A stretch of 63,841 bases of DNA, counting the filler, from Rozella allomycis CSF55 (Eukaryota): NCBI GenBank assembly GCA_000442015.1. It is 13 parts of 13 records of this genome, joined end to end, with 100 filler letters (N's around TTAATTAATTAA, not from the genome) between each part and the next. Parts side by side here need not be neighbours in the genome. Positions count along the whole stretch, not along the records: positions 48,747 to 56,407 come from KE560465.1; positions 56,508 to 58,049 come from KE560466.1; positions 58,150 to 62,197 come from KE560467.1; positions 62,298 to 63,841 come from KE560483.1; 9 more parts are not named here. One strand, 5' to 3'. The notes under the pieces are model-generated. The model made no database searches and was not told the origin of the DNA. It was given only the letters and a program-made list of their open reading frames with translations. A program made the position numbers and the translations under genes. Positions 50,819 to 63,419 of the stretch are shown one piece after another; within the stretch, counting starts at the first letter, position 1; every line of letters starts with the position of its first letter.

Positions 50819-50975
50819 TTATTTATTGTACCTATTCTTGCGAATCCCAGCCAGCTGGTACCTCGCCTCTTCCAAACTCTTTTCCAAATGAAGAATCTTC
50901 ATCTGCGCCTCCATCTCCATCACGCGTTCATTAGCGACTCCACCCTTACTGAGCACGAATTCCGAATCCGCTGTA
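50819..50975 (-). CDS. C-terminus of an I/LWEQ (THATCH) actin-binding protein, talin or Sla2/HIP1 (5' part lost at N)
   Basis: Reads ..GGVANERVMEMEAQMKILHLEKSLEEARYQLAGIRKNRYNK*. Not in the ORF track. Confidence 0.75.
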
Positions 50976-51017
50976 NGTAATATTTATTTATGGGTATGTA
51001 CAATGTGCAAAAATAGA

Positions 51018-54013
51018 TTAAGCCATTCTAGAAAGATAATCTTGAAAGTTTTCATGTTTTGAGCGATGGTATGCGAGAAAACGTTTAGATTTTGAAAGAA
51101 AAAAGGAAGCAGCCATGACGAGACTGGAAGCGCCTGTGACTATAGAAAGAACAATGGCAACTGAATCATCAGTAGTAGTAACGTTTGTATTTGGAGTATT
51201 TAGTTTTACAGAATGATTGTTAATGGGAGATTCTTTGGGTGGCTCTGGTATTGGCTTTGGAGAGGTAAAAGGTTTTTCTGTTTTCCTTTTTGTTTTTACC
51301 TTTTCTGTCTTCTTTTCTTTTTTCTTTGTAAATTTATTTGAAAGTTTATTGATTGGAATTTCAGAAGGTTCTTCTGGTGAGCTGAAATCTACAATTTCTA
51401 AATTCACTTTCAAAGGTTGATTGGAGGCTTCAGATTTTATAAATTCTTTGGATTCTTTAATTTCTTTTAAATAATTAATTTCTTTAGATTGTATTTCTTT
51501 TTTAATTTTGATTTCAGGTTTTTCATATTCTTTCAGTGGAGGTTTCTTTGGTTGCTTTAATCTTTTATTTCTTAATTTCTCTATTAATTTCCTTTTTGAT
51601 TTTGATTGTTTTATTTCATTTGAAATTTCTTCTTCTTCTTTAACAACTACAGGAAAACTTGTAGTCACTGAATCAATGATTGGTGGGATGATTTCTTCAA
51701 TTGACTCTTTAGGCTCTGGAATAATTTCTATTTCCTCAATTGAAGGTTTAATTTCTTCAATTGGAGGTTTAATTTCATCAATTGGAACTTCAATTGGAGC
51801 TTCAATGATTGGAACGGATTGTTTAATATCTTCAAATGATTCTTTTACTTCTGATTGAACAGATTCAACTGATTCTTTTACTTCTGATTGAACATCTCCA
51901 ACTGATTCTTTTACTTCTGATTGAACAGATTCAACTTGAACTTCTTTATAATCTGAAAAATCTATTCCTTCATCTACCAACTCTTTAATGTTAACTTTTC
52001 TTTTAACATTTCTTTTTGGGTAAGGATCATCAGAACAGTAGCCACTATCATCATCATATTCATCAGCAGAATAATAACCATTATCTATTGGACTCTCAAT
52101 CGGATTCACAATAGTTGGAATTGGTGTTAAAATAGATCGAGGGTCTTTAAATTGAAAATCATCACACAAATCTTCATCTAGGCAACTCTTTTCTGTTTCT
52201 TCTCTCAAACTCTGAAAATCATTTCGAATTTTATTCAAATCTTCTTCTGTTAAACTTCCCATCAAATTATTTTCAGTCTCAACAAGAGTAGAATCTCCAC
52301 CAACATTCCTAAGTTCACTTTGAATATTAGTAGTTTCAACAATTGTATCTCTTTCATCAGGAACTAATGTATCTTCATCACTATCATTCTCAGTATCATC
52401 TATATCATTAGCAATTCCTTCATCTTGCCCTTCATCTACCACGTTATTCTGATCTACATCTCTATCATCTCCACAAATATCATCTCCATCTCCCTCATAT
52501 ACATCTCCCTCATATACATCTCCCTCATCTACATCTACATCTACGTCATCTATATCATCTAATTTAAATCTCTCAATTTCTTCAATCTTAACAATCTCTT
52601 GAAACTCTTCAATTCCAACCCCACTCATCAAACTATGAAACTCACAAATCTCAACATTATAAACCTTCATAGCATCAACAATCTTATCCACATCAACATT
52701 CCCATGTCCAAATCTAATCTTCAGCGTCTCAAGCAAAACATCCTCATACGCTAAATCAATCTCACTTTCCCTCTGCCTCTTAATCAACGTCAATATTCTA
52801 TGCTCTGATTTATAAACCTCAAGATACAATTCATAAATATAAGTCCATCNTAAATATACGTCCATCTCTGTAGCGCTATCACCAGCAATATCGAATCAAT
52901 CTTTTCCATCCGCTTCATCAATCCAATCACATCACTTTTTGGAAATTTCGTAAAATCTATTTCATGGGAATAAAACAACGCCTTGATCACTCTGATTCTA
53001 TCTCTATCAATTAATTCATTCAGATACTCAAAATCAACGTTAAATTCAAAATCTATATTTCTAATCATTTGGTATAATTCATTCTCTGCTAACAGTTCAA
53101 ACGTCTCCTTATCTGTGCCTACTTTCAATTCATATGCAACAAAATCTATCGTTCTTTCTATAAACATGCAACTCTTTAAATCTATTTCCAACCTCAAACT
53201 GTTAAAACACTCCCCTTTCACTTTTCTAAAGATTTCTTCTAGTTCAGAACTAGCATGGATTAATTGAGCTCCACGCCGTTTAAATTCATGCAAAATTTCT
53301 TTCAAAAAGTCATCTAAATATTCTTTCCCGTAAATCTCTTTAAATATAATCTCCAAACTATCGCTCATCTCATAATCTGGCATATCCTCCACAACAATCC
53401 TAAACAGCCCAATATCCCTCTTCTCTACAGCCAATTGAACAAACATTGCATCTTTCGGAAGCATCTCATAATCAACCTCCAAATCTCTATTCCTCAGAAA
53501 ATAATACAGCTTCTCTATTCTATCACTGTCTACTCTATCTATTATATCATAAAACACATCCTCATCACTCATCCCCCGACTATAGCTGTCTCCCAGTCCA
53601 ACCATATCCATCAACATCCGCAAATACCCACAGTTCAGCAGAAACACATACTGCGCAAACTCCTCCGCCNNNNNNNNNNNNNNNNNNNNNNNNNNNNNNN
53701 NNNNNNNNNNNNNNNNNNNNNNNNNNNNNNNNNNNNNNNNNNNNNNNNNNNNNNNNNNNNNNNNNNNNNNNNNNNNNNNNNNNNNNNNNNNNNNNNNNNN
53801 NNNNNNNNNNCGCACACACCCGTGCATCCACATTCTCACCCCCATAACAACAAAATCCCTCCCCTCACATCCACCTCCCCTTCCCATACTCTCAACTCCC
53901 CTCCCGTCCACTCGCACACACTCCTCCCCACCGTCATGCCACTCGCCCTCCTCATCCCCTTCACTCATATTGCCATTCACAAACACCCCAACCAATATCA
54001 GCCATAGTATCAT
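51018..54013 (-). CDS. Large type I membrane/surface protein with an acidic low-complexity stalk
   Basis: Signal-like MILWLILVGVFVNG, a helical region, D/E-rich and ESVQSEVK/EEIKP repeats, and TM SVAIVLSIVTGASSLVMAASFFL near the C-terminus. Frame break at N 52850. Confidence 0.6.
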
Positions 54014-55068
54014 CACACTCAAATGTTTCATTAATTTTACAAATGTGGCGCAGTTTTTCATTATGCAATCAGGCCTAAATGGAATTTTTGCCTTTTCGGT
54101 AAACATGCGCGCATGCCGCAGGCTGCGCGTTTTGGAATGGGCCAAGCCGCTATAGAGTGCTTCTGGGATGGGCATTACGAAGCGTGCGTGGCGATACTTG
54201 CCAAGTGGCAGGGGAGACAGATCTGATGGGGTTTGACAGCCGCTGGTGATATGGGGGAGTGGGAAAAGGTTGGAGTTGGGCAGCGAACGTCGCGTTTACT
54301 GCTGGATCGTCGTTCGTCTTATCTTGGCGCATCTGGAATCAATGGCTTGGCTGCATGGATTAATAGATGAAATTGTAAAATCGTTTAATTACGCTCTTGT
54401 ATTAAATTATATTGGTAATATATTTATTTTATATCACTTGACACTTGCAGTGATGTTCTCGGTGTGAGGATTCACAATCCAATCGTCGGCTGAGGTGGTT
54501 AAATGAAAAAACTGTACAACATTGTTTTTGTCATACATTTTGGAACAATTCGATACTAAAAACTAAAAAGCGCGAATCGGGATTCAACATGAATGATGAA
54601 TGGCACTTCAGTCGCTAGAAATAGAAAAGTCCAGACTTTCTCAGAGAACATATAGACCGAAATTGAAAAACACATTCCAAGAATCCAAAGTTCAAAACTT
54701 TAACTATATCTATATATGTCTCAGAAATCACTGTCAGGATTCAGGATTCATTTCGATTACTTGTCATTTAAACATAACTTTTTTCAATTATCTAATAATT
54801 CTGTTTTTAGGGCGGAAAACTTCACAGAATCGATTGCTACCAACTAGTTTCCTAATTCCTTTATAGGCAAATGAATTGGTGAATCTTTTGTCAACTTTAT
54901 AATATCACTTGTGATTGGTTGTGGTATTAAACAAGAGAGATATTTTTGTGATCGAATATCAAAACATCAAAGTCTCCAACGGGGATTATAGAATCGTTTT
55001 CCAATTTCCATACCGTATAATTTTTAGATTACAGATCTACAAAGTTTTCCACAATTTTGTCTAAACAA

Positions 55069-55123
55069 GGCTTCGTGGTCTAGTGGTATGATTCTCGCTT
55101 TGGGTGTGAGAGGTCCCGAGTTC
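55069..55123 (+). tRNA. tRNA-Pro(TGG), 3' end cut by an assembly gap
   Basis: GGCTTCGTGGTCTAGTGGTATGATTCTCGCTTTGGGTGTGAGAGGTCCCGAGTTC shows the D arm, anticodon arm (CTCGC-TTTGGGT-GTGAG) and start of the T arm. Confidence 0.9.
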
Positions 55124-55959
55124 NAGAAAGTGGCCATTATTTTTTCGGAACCGTTGATCTTCTCTACTTTCAAATAATCCCAAGTTTGGTCAATTCTTGC
55201 TCCTTTTTATCATTCTCAGTACCAAACCGGTCTTTGTCTTCGTCACTCCACACGTCAAAACTTATTTTGTATAAAGACTCCTTAGACATGATATGAACTT
55301 CTTTATCATTGATTTCTGCAGGAGTCTTTGTTGACTAGTAATATCCATCGCAAGTACATTACAAAGGTTTACCGTTTACAGTTAACATATTCCATTTAAT
55401 TATTAGGATTAGACATCCTCATGACCCATTACTACGCTCTTAAGGTTTTGAGGAATAATTTAATCATTANACGCTCTTAAGGTTTTGAGGAATAATTTAA
55501 TCATTAAATAGATTTTTAATTCCATTCCTATTTATCTCTATTGTTACTTGTTGACGAAATTTGAATACAAAAGTTTGACTGAGTAAATGCAAGTTTTAGT
55601 TTTTTAATGTTCACTGAATGTTTGACATTGGATATAAAGTGTTTCATTGTTAGGTATTCAAGTTCATCTCACTTTCGTGTAGAAATTTATGATAAGGACA
55701 TTGAAGGGAATTACTTAAAATCTTCACTGTAATACTGTAATACTCATAAAAGGTCATAGAATTGGATGCCTTCTGTGATTTAAACTATCGGAATTCTCGC
55801 AATCGCCAATGAAAATTTAATGGTGAATTCTTGGCGAAATTAATCCAACTTAGGAAATTTTATGCCCAGCTTTTATAAGATTAGATGAAGAAATTAATAT
55901 CAAATTAAAATGGGTAGCAATTATCACTTCAAATTTATTGAAACTAATCTTTGGAGGAT

Positions 55960-56400
55960 TTAGATTTCTTGGAACTTGGATTCTCGACATAAGCTATTAT
56001 AATCTTTGATAAAAATATTACCTGTTGAACAATTGCCTTTACAGCCACAATAGGTTCCACATTCTGATTGCTGTTTACGACAGCTGCACGTTTTAGTTCC
56101 AAGGGCTTGTGAATATAATTGCTTGTCGTAGCTACATAAAACGCATAAAAAGTGATTACAACAACATGCGCGTGTTAAATGGATACACCAATGCATCACT
56201 TACGTTTTCACGGGTAAAAATAACAATGTTGTTCACCTTAACGCCATCTATCTCGAGATCCGCGAGTTGAGAGTGAAGATTACTAGGAATCATCCTGTAA
56301 ATGATGAACACAAGGCACCATTGATTTAATTGTAGGTTGAGCTGTTCAGCCCTTGCTAGGGCCAGTGACCACTTTTCCTTTAGTGCTGTACTTGTCACAA
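55960..56400 (-). other. Coding relic with a CXC-like cysteine cluster
   Basis: CSCRKQQSECGTYCGCKGNC motif in otherwise disrupted frames. Confidence 0.3.
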
Positions 56401-56559
56401 AAGTATCNNNNNNNNNNNNNNNNNNNNNNNNNNNNNNNNNNNNNNNNNNNNTTAATTAATTAANNNNNNNNNNNNNNNNNNNNNNNNNNNNNNNNNNNNN
56501 NNNNNNNGAGAAGTTGAAGCCCAGGAGGGGTGAAGGAACTTAGATGACAAAGACTTTCG

Positions 56560-57440
56560 GTGAGGAGACGTGATGAGGACAGTAGAAAGAGTGGAAGAGT
56601 GGAAAGAGAAAGGAAAGAAAGTGGAGAGAGAAGAGGAGGAGTGGAGAGAGAAAGAAAGCTGAGAGAAGTTGATGATGACGCAGAAGCTCGGTGAGGAAAC
56701 TTAAACCAAAGATAGGAGGAGAGTAGAAAACAGGAGAGAGAGCGGAGAGAAGTAGAGAGAGGAGAGAGAAATAGAGAAAGGGAGAGAAAGGAAGAAAGAA
56801 ATAGTAATGCAGATAGAGGGAGCGGAAGATAGTTGATCGAAGAGAACGGGAGAGAGAAGTAGATAGTAGAGAGAGAGTGGAGAGAAAGGGAGAGAGAAGT
56901 AGATAGGAGAGACGTAGAGAGAAGTACAGATAGGTGAGAAAGGGAGAGAGAAGTAGAGAGAGGAGAGCGAGAGGGAGACAGACAGAGTGGAGAGAGAAGT
57001 AGAAAGCGGAGAGACGTAGAGAGAAGTACCGATAGGAGAGAAAGGGAGAGAGAAGTAGGGAGAGAAGAGAGGGAGGGAGACAGAAAGAGTGGAGAGAGAA
57101 ATAGAAAGTGGAAACAGAGGTAGAGAGTAAGAGTGGAGAGAAGGCGAAAGTGGAGAGAGAGGGAGAGAAAACGGGAGAGAAAGACGTGACGAGCAGAGGA
57201 AAGATGATCTATGGGAAAATGAAAGAAAGGAAGAGGCAGGAAGAAGGATGAGTGAAAAGCAGAGAGAGGGAAAGAGAATGTAGAGATAGAGAGAGATAGA
57301 AGGAACGACAAAGGTGAAATTGGGGAAAGACCGACAATAGGAGAGAGGAATGATTGATAAAGATAAGACGTGGTCAGGAATGACAGGAGAAACAGAATGA
57401 TAAGAGATACGAAGAGAGACACGAAGCACAAAGAAAGGGG
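56560..57440 (+). repeat. Polypurine (GA-rich) low-complexity tract with about 100-bp internal repeats
   Basis: Nearly all A/G on +. The unit ggagagacgtagagagaagtac.gatagg.gagaaagggagagagaagtag repeats at about 56905 and 57008. Confidence 0.9.
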
Positions 57441-59059
57441 AAATGATGCAGGACTAGCAACGTGACGATGACTTCAAAGAAATGAGGCGTTGGAACATTT
57501 TGTGCCAAAGGTCTACCATGACTCAAAGGTGAAATACTTGCTGCAAGAACACAAGCAAGCGAGAGCGAAGTGACGCAAAGAGACGATGCATGAATATGAA
57601 ACATATACTGAGAAAGTGTGAACGCAAAGAACATCGGGAAATATTTGAGATGAAAATTTAAAGGTTTGATTGCTGTTGATTTAATACAAACTATCGGGAA
57701 ACTACTTTATTAAGACACGTTAGCATTGAAGAGATTTACTGAACATGGCAGTGTTTAGATGTAAGGTTCAAATCATTGTGGGGATCACTAAGAATTTCGA
57801 AATATGCTGCACCAAACGGAAGACAAAGAAAAACTGTATATGAAAAGTATCTTTATCGAAGTTTATGAAGATTTCGTCAAAATTGTCAGTGAGATAGAAT
57901 TTTATTGAACTATTCAAGAAAAATGTTGTGAGGATAGTTTGGTTGGATAGAATCATCAATTACTGTATACCTTTCCCAAAGAAGTAGGGTTTTAACGGCT
58001 ACGTTTTTGATGCATTCGAGGTACATTTTGAGGGAGAGTGTTGGAATGTNNNNNNNNNNNNNNNNNNNNNNNNNNNNNNNNNNNNNNNNNNNNTTAATTA
58101 ATTAANNNNNNNNNNNNNNNNNNNNNNNNNNNNNNNNNNNNNNNNNNNNTAACAGTCATGGTTCATTGCATGTGAGTAATATGATGACGTGCTTAGTAGT
58201 TAATAAAAAGCAAGAATATCAATTGAAAGGAACGGAGCCTGTGAAGAATTACCGTGAACGGTTGGAATTACGTGTCGTCGATGTCCATTAACAAATCACG
58301 TTCGCAGAACTTTATACCAGGAATCCGACTGTTGTGTTTCATTTAGCATTGCTGAAATTGTGTACCTAGCTGGCAACCTTCCGTATGAAACAATGTGGAA
58401 GGTAATTGTAGATCAATTTGACATTCCTATAAAGCACAACCTTTATAAAAGATTCATGGAGACACTTAAGCAATATATGTCCTATATATTGGACGCCAAC
58501 AAACGTTCCTTAGAAGGCAGTCGTGTTTTAGGTAATTTCCAATGTCCTGCCAGTTGTAATGATGGGAATTGAGTGGTAAATATGGATGGCAATTTCACTG
58601 AAAGAGGATTACGGGTGTTACCAAAGGCTCCTTAAGGAACTATTAGAAAAGGCTGGCTACTTCAAGGCCTGTAATGAATTAAATCTAAGTTCGGGAAAAT
58701 CAGCATGTAGCAGCTTTAAGTCTGGAAACGAATCGTCCAAAAATAATTCTGTTTGTGACACAAGCAAATTCTTACAATTCAAGTAGGGCTTTGCCTGATC
58801 AAATATGTGAATCGTTCGTTTTGAATAACTTAGAATGTGTCATTGAACGTGATGCTTTAATATCAAAAGTGAGTGCGTGGAAAAATCTGGATGAAATTAA
58901 TATTCGACTAAAAAGAATGTGTAACTTTTTAAAATGAAGCTATAAAATAGTTATATGATCGATTCGTGGCATCACAAGATCAATTTATGTTAGAAGACAA
59001 TGAGCTCTTTAATATGTTGAACGTTTTGATGAATAAACAGATGCCATTGCCCATTCTTA

Positions 59060-60330
59060 AACAAATAAATCATTTTAGTTATTCATTGATATATAACTTA
59101 TTGACTTTCTTGCTTTTGGGGGTATGATGTGTCGCCTTGGACGTAATCAGTGATGGCATTCAATCACGTAGGTGATTTGCACATGATCCGTATCGACAGT
59201 TTCCAGCATTCCAAATGCCCTGATTACCCCTCGCCTATTGTGAATAGTATTCAATACTTTGTTTTAATAGCTAAGATATTGATATACATTGCTGAATGTG
59301 GACCAATCGTGGTTTGNGAAATAAATCATTTTAATTATTCATTTATGTATATATTATTGACTTTCTTGCTTTTGTGAGGATATGATGTGTCGCCTTTGAA
59401 GTAATCAGTGATTGTATGCAGGTGGTTTGCACGTGATCCGTGATTTACAATTTCCAGCATTCCAAATCCTCTGATTACCCCTCGCCTATTGTAAAANTTC
59501 GGGCCAAGGTCAGCTGCATCTTGCTGCTAAAGCACGCACGAATTATTGACAAAATGATATCCTAATAGTAATAAACATCTAATCATGATTTNTAGTCAAT
59601 TCACGCTTCGTGCTCGTATCCTTCATGGAAAATGTTTGTTCAGTCCACGCATAGCTTTTCACTTTGGTTTATTGAATATTGAGATTATGTAAATCCATGT
59701 ATGCTCAAGCCAATTTACCTTTTCAAACCATCTGGGGATGTATGATTTACAGTGGAATGAANAGTTTATTGTCGCTCAATCGTTTTCGGAGATTTTCGGT
59801 GATTCAGGTCGGCATTCATGGACTTAATGCGGACGCTGCAGATTCCAGGTTCTTAATGTACTCTGCAGATTCCATCAACCTGGAGAGATACATTATTGGT
59901 TTTTAGCATATTTCTAACTATTACACCCGCGTTGTGTTCCATGGAAATATGGTGACCGTGNAAATCTAATTAACTTGACGCAGATCAGCTGCTGCAGATT
60001 ACAGCCTCTGCAGATTCCATTAACCAGGAGAGAGATACATTATTGGTTTTTAGCANCTATTAAATCTAATTAACTTGACTCACATCCGCCGATGCAGATT
60101 CCAGATTCTTAATGCGCTCTGCAGATGCCATTAACCTGGAGAGAGATACATAATTGGTTTTTAGCATATTTCTAACTATAACACCCGCGTTGTGTTCCAT
60201 GGAAATATGGTGATCGTGTATTTGCATATCACATATTACATGTGCACCTCGATTGGCCAAAGTTTAACTTAACCCGCTTAGTGAATTCACGCCTCGAGCT
60301 TGTATCCTTCATGGAAAATGTTTGTTTCGT
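59060..60330. repeat. Diverged tandem duplications separated by single Ns
   Basis: 59063-59245 matches 59319-59497. The block gcagattccat.aacctggagagatacat...ccatggaaatatggtga occurs 2-3 times in 59865-60215. Confidence 0.75.
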
Positions 60331-61344
60331 TTTGTATTCATTACACTGTAAATCATGAGCACCTTACTTGGATTTCCTCATTCGATTCTTCAATCAAGCG
60401 AGAGTTTGCGAATCGGTTTCAAAATTACCTAGAACATATACGAAAAACCGGATGAACTGCCTGGGTTTTATGATTCTCTGGAGAATTCTACAGTACATAG
60501 TTTTGGAAATTANAAGCTGCCTTGCGACAACGTTAGCATCATAGTTTTCATCAACGACTGCTCTAACATCAGCAGCATTTTGAGTAGCATCAACCTCATT
60601 ATCCATATACGCGACTGCAATAGAATCAAAAACGTTTTTATCAACGACTGTTCTAACATTAGCATCCACTCTAGCCCCAATTGAGTCGGAAATCTGATTT
60701 GCAATCTTCCGTACGGACTCTATTTTCGAGGAAGGCCTGAAAGAGTTTTTGTTAGCAATTTACCTTTAATTATTTACGAAATTATTGGCTATGCGGTTTC
60801 AAGTCGCAGTCTATTTCCTGCATGCACTGAATTCGTCTCGTTTGTAAAAGGTTAGATCCTTTATTAAACTGAATAAATAACATTTTTCTACATTACGCGA
60901 ATTTATCTGCGATAGCTTTATGCGTAGGTAACAAACAAGGTGGTGACATTTTTTCGATATTTCTAAAATGAGGGTTCAAATTCAGTTCAAATTTCCTAAT
61001 GTCGATTTTTCCGAAAGAAANCTAGGCACGTTTTTTCGATATTACTAAAAAGAGGGTTCAATCCCGAACGAAAGTGTAGCTAATTTTTTTAATATATCAA
61101 CCGAAGTTGATATATTAAAGAGAGGGAATCCATTGGTCAAAATCACCTTGGAATCTATCCAAGCCCTCCAGTAAATTTCTAAGAAATTAAGCTTTATAAA
61201 CCGCATCCACTGGGAATTGAACGGGATTACTACCTAAAGTCTTGAAAATGCCAGCGCCCTGTCCACTGAAAATCGATTTCAAAATTACCTAGAAAATTTA
61301 CGAAAAAGCTTGTTTGTTTGGAAATTTCCCAAATTTCGTTTTTC

Positions 61345-62197
61345 ATGAGTTCTCATTCTAAGAGGCCAAGAGAGGAAGAAAACGAATTAGAAGAAAGATC
61401 AATCGACGCAGAAATAAAAGCCTGGGTTGCGCAAGACGGTGTAGACATCACAGACATCCCAGTCAATTTACTACCGTTCAAAGAGCGGGTGTTGGACTTG
61501 TTAAAGGAAAAGGTTGCACAACAAATACGAATAGAAGAACTTAAAGCGGAAATCGCGACATTAACTCATTTACGCAAACTAGCCGAGAAAAAAAAAGACC
61601 TCCATACATTCATTAAAGATGTAACGTTCTTGACAGACGATGTACGGCAATCCTTCATAGACACAGTTTTAAAAATNGAATGACATCCATACATTCATTA
61701 AAGATGTAACATTCTTGACAGACGATGTACGGCAATCCTTCATAGACACAGTTTTAAAAATTCCACAGGATCAATTCGATTGTTTAGTTCATGATAAGGG
61801 GCAAAAATATGAAAAATATTCTATACTCAAAGACGTGATGAAGAAAGCAGGTTTGGGGCTCAAAGAAATTGATGTAAGCGTGTTTGGTGTAGAAAGTAAA
61901 CATATATCTATAATCTCACATTGACCCATTATTAATGCATAGTCCATCTGGGCTCAAAAATCAATGGCACTATGGGGCGCTCGGTTTTCTTTTTTGTAGG
62001 CCTATGGACAATTACGGACTCCCTATAACCCTTAAATCAAAAAATATAGCATATTTTGTTAATCTCTATGAGAAGGACGAATATGAAAACTTGAATAATT
62101 ATTTTCCCTCGGCAATAAATTTATGCGTCTCCATGTGCAAGATGTACCAGAATGAAACAGATCGTCGCGGAGCTTGTAAATTTTTAATATGGTTTTT
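61345..62197 (+). CDS. Crinkler/REase-associated-family-like protein (3' partial)
   Basis: Coiled-coil N-terminus, then SPS...CRPMDNYGLPITL...AINLCVSMCKMYQNETDRR, a pattern seen upstream of PD-(D/E)XK domains in fungal CRN-like proteins. One GT..TG intron. Confidence 0.45.
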
Positions 62198-62297
62198 NNN
62201 NNNNNNNNNNNNNNNNNNNNNNNNNNNNNNNNNNNNNNNNNTTAATTAATTAANNNNNNNNNNNNNNNNNNNNNNNNNNNNNNNNNNNNNNNNNNNN

Positions 62298-62635
62298 TAT
62301 TATGATTTGTACAAGGATAGTTATGAGCACAAGTGTCCTATTTGTGAAAAAGAATTTAGCTTGAATGTAATACCACCATTTTGATGTTATAGGAAATATG
62401 TGTGGATGAAGATTTCCTTTCAATTCTTTATCAAACTAAAGAAAAGAATAATAAACTTGTTTATTTGGATATAGAAGGTCGATTGTTTTTTGAAGAAAAC
62501 GCGGCAAACAAGATTACAGAAGTAAACGAAATACTCGATGAAGATGATGGCCAAGTTATATATTTGTCTAGTTCAGACGAATGTTCGCCTGTCCATAAAA
62601 AATTAAAAAATGAGGAAGTAATTGTATTAGATTGA
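62298..62635 (+). CDS. SP-RING SUMO E3 ligase (Siz/PIAS-like), C-terminal part
   Basis: Spliced HKCPICEKEFSLNEICVDEDFLSIL, and SIM-like VIYLSSSDE and EVIVLD. Confidence 0.65.
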
Positions 62636-62784
62636 AGAGATTTCCATTATCATTTATTGTTTTGAACTTAAAGGAGTGTATTAAAATAAAACCACTTTAC
62701 ATACTTTCTTAAACTACAAATATTTGATTAATATATGTATTGAATATACTTAGTTTGTAGGTTTCCTCAATTGGCGAGTTACCC

Positions 62785-63408
62785 TTGTCAAAGCAAATGA
62801 GACGACAATGGCGTTATTGCTTAGGAAGAATGCAAATTAAAAAATCATGGCATCCAATTAATATGTTTAATCATGTGCAATTTCATCAAAATGGATTCCT
62901 GACTCAAAAACGATTAAACAATTTCCAGTTCCAATGGAAGGCCAAAATTCACTTCAACAGTTATTTCCTTGGAGATGTATCCGTGCGAACTTTGTTTTTA
63001 CATTATCGCAAGCATAAGAACAATATGTATAGGGCGCTTGAAGATTTGGAATGCAGGTTAGACAATATAATATATAGGAGCATGTTGGCTCATTCAGTTT
63101 ATGAAGCTAGGAGACTGTGCTCATTTTACAGTGTGGTAGTGAATGGGAAAAAGATGAGAAATCCCGATTACAGAGTTAACGAGGGGGATGTTATTCAAAT
63201 AATTCAAAAGAACCAAGAGAGACATTTCAATAAGACATATGGGTCTCCATATTACAAACTCAACGCGTTTATTCCTCCAAATTTAGAAGTGAATTTTAGG
63301 AATATGAGTATATTTGTAGTCTATAAACCAAAATTTGATGAATTACCACAACCATACGATAGACAAGTAATTGAAAGTGCGATTAACTATTATAACCATA
63401 TTTATTAA
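62785..63408 (+). CDS. Mitochondrial ribosomal protein uS4m (Nam9-like); start uncertain
   Basis: FQFQWKAK...YFLGD, LECRLDNIIYRSMLAHSVYEARRLC and VVVNGKKMRNPDYRVNEGDVI (S4 domain). Confidence 0.85.
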   Translation: MSKQMRRQWRYCLGRMQIKKSWHPINMFNHVQFHQNGFLTQKRLNNFQFQWKAKIHFNSYFLGDVSVRTLFLHYRKHKNNMYRALEDLECRLDNIIYRSMLAHSVYEARRLCSFYSVVVNGKKMRNPDYRVNEGDVIQIIQKNQERHFNKTYGSPYYKLNAFIPPNLEVNFRNMSIFVVYKPKFDELPQPYDRQVIESAINYYNHIY

Positions 63409-63419
63409 ATAAAAACTAT

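Noticed and set aside
56460-57431. Long Leu/Ser-rich ORFs on the minus strand
   Set aside because: By-products of the CT-rich low-complexity strand, which lacks stop codons.
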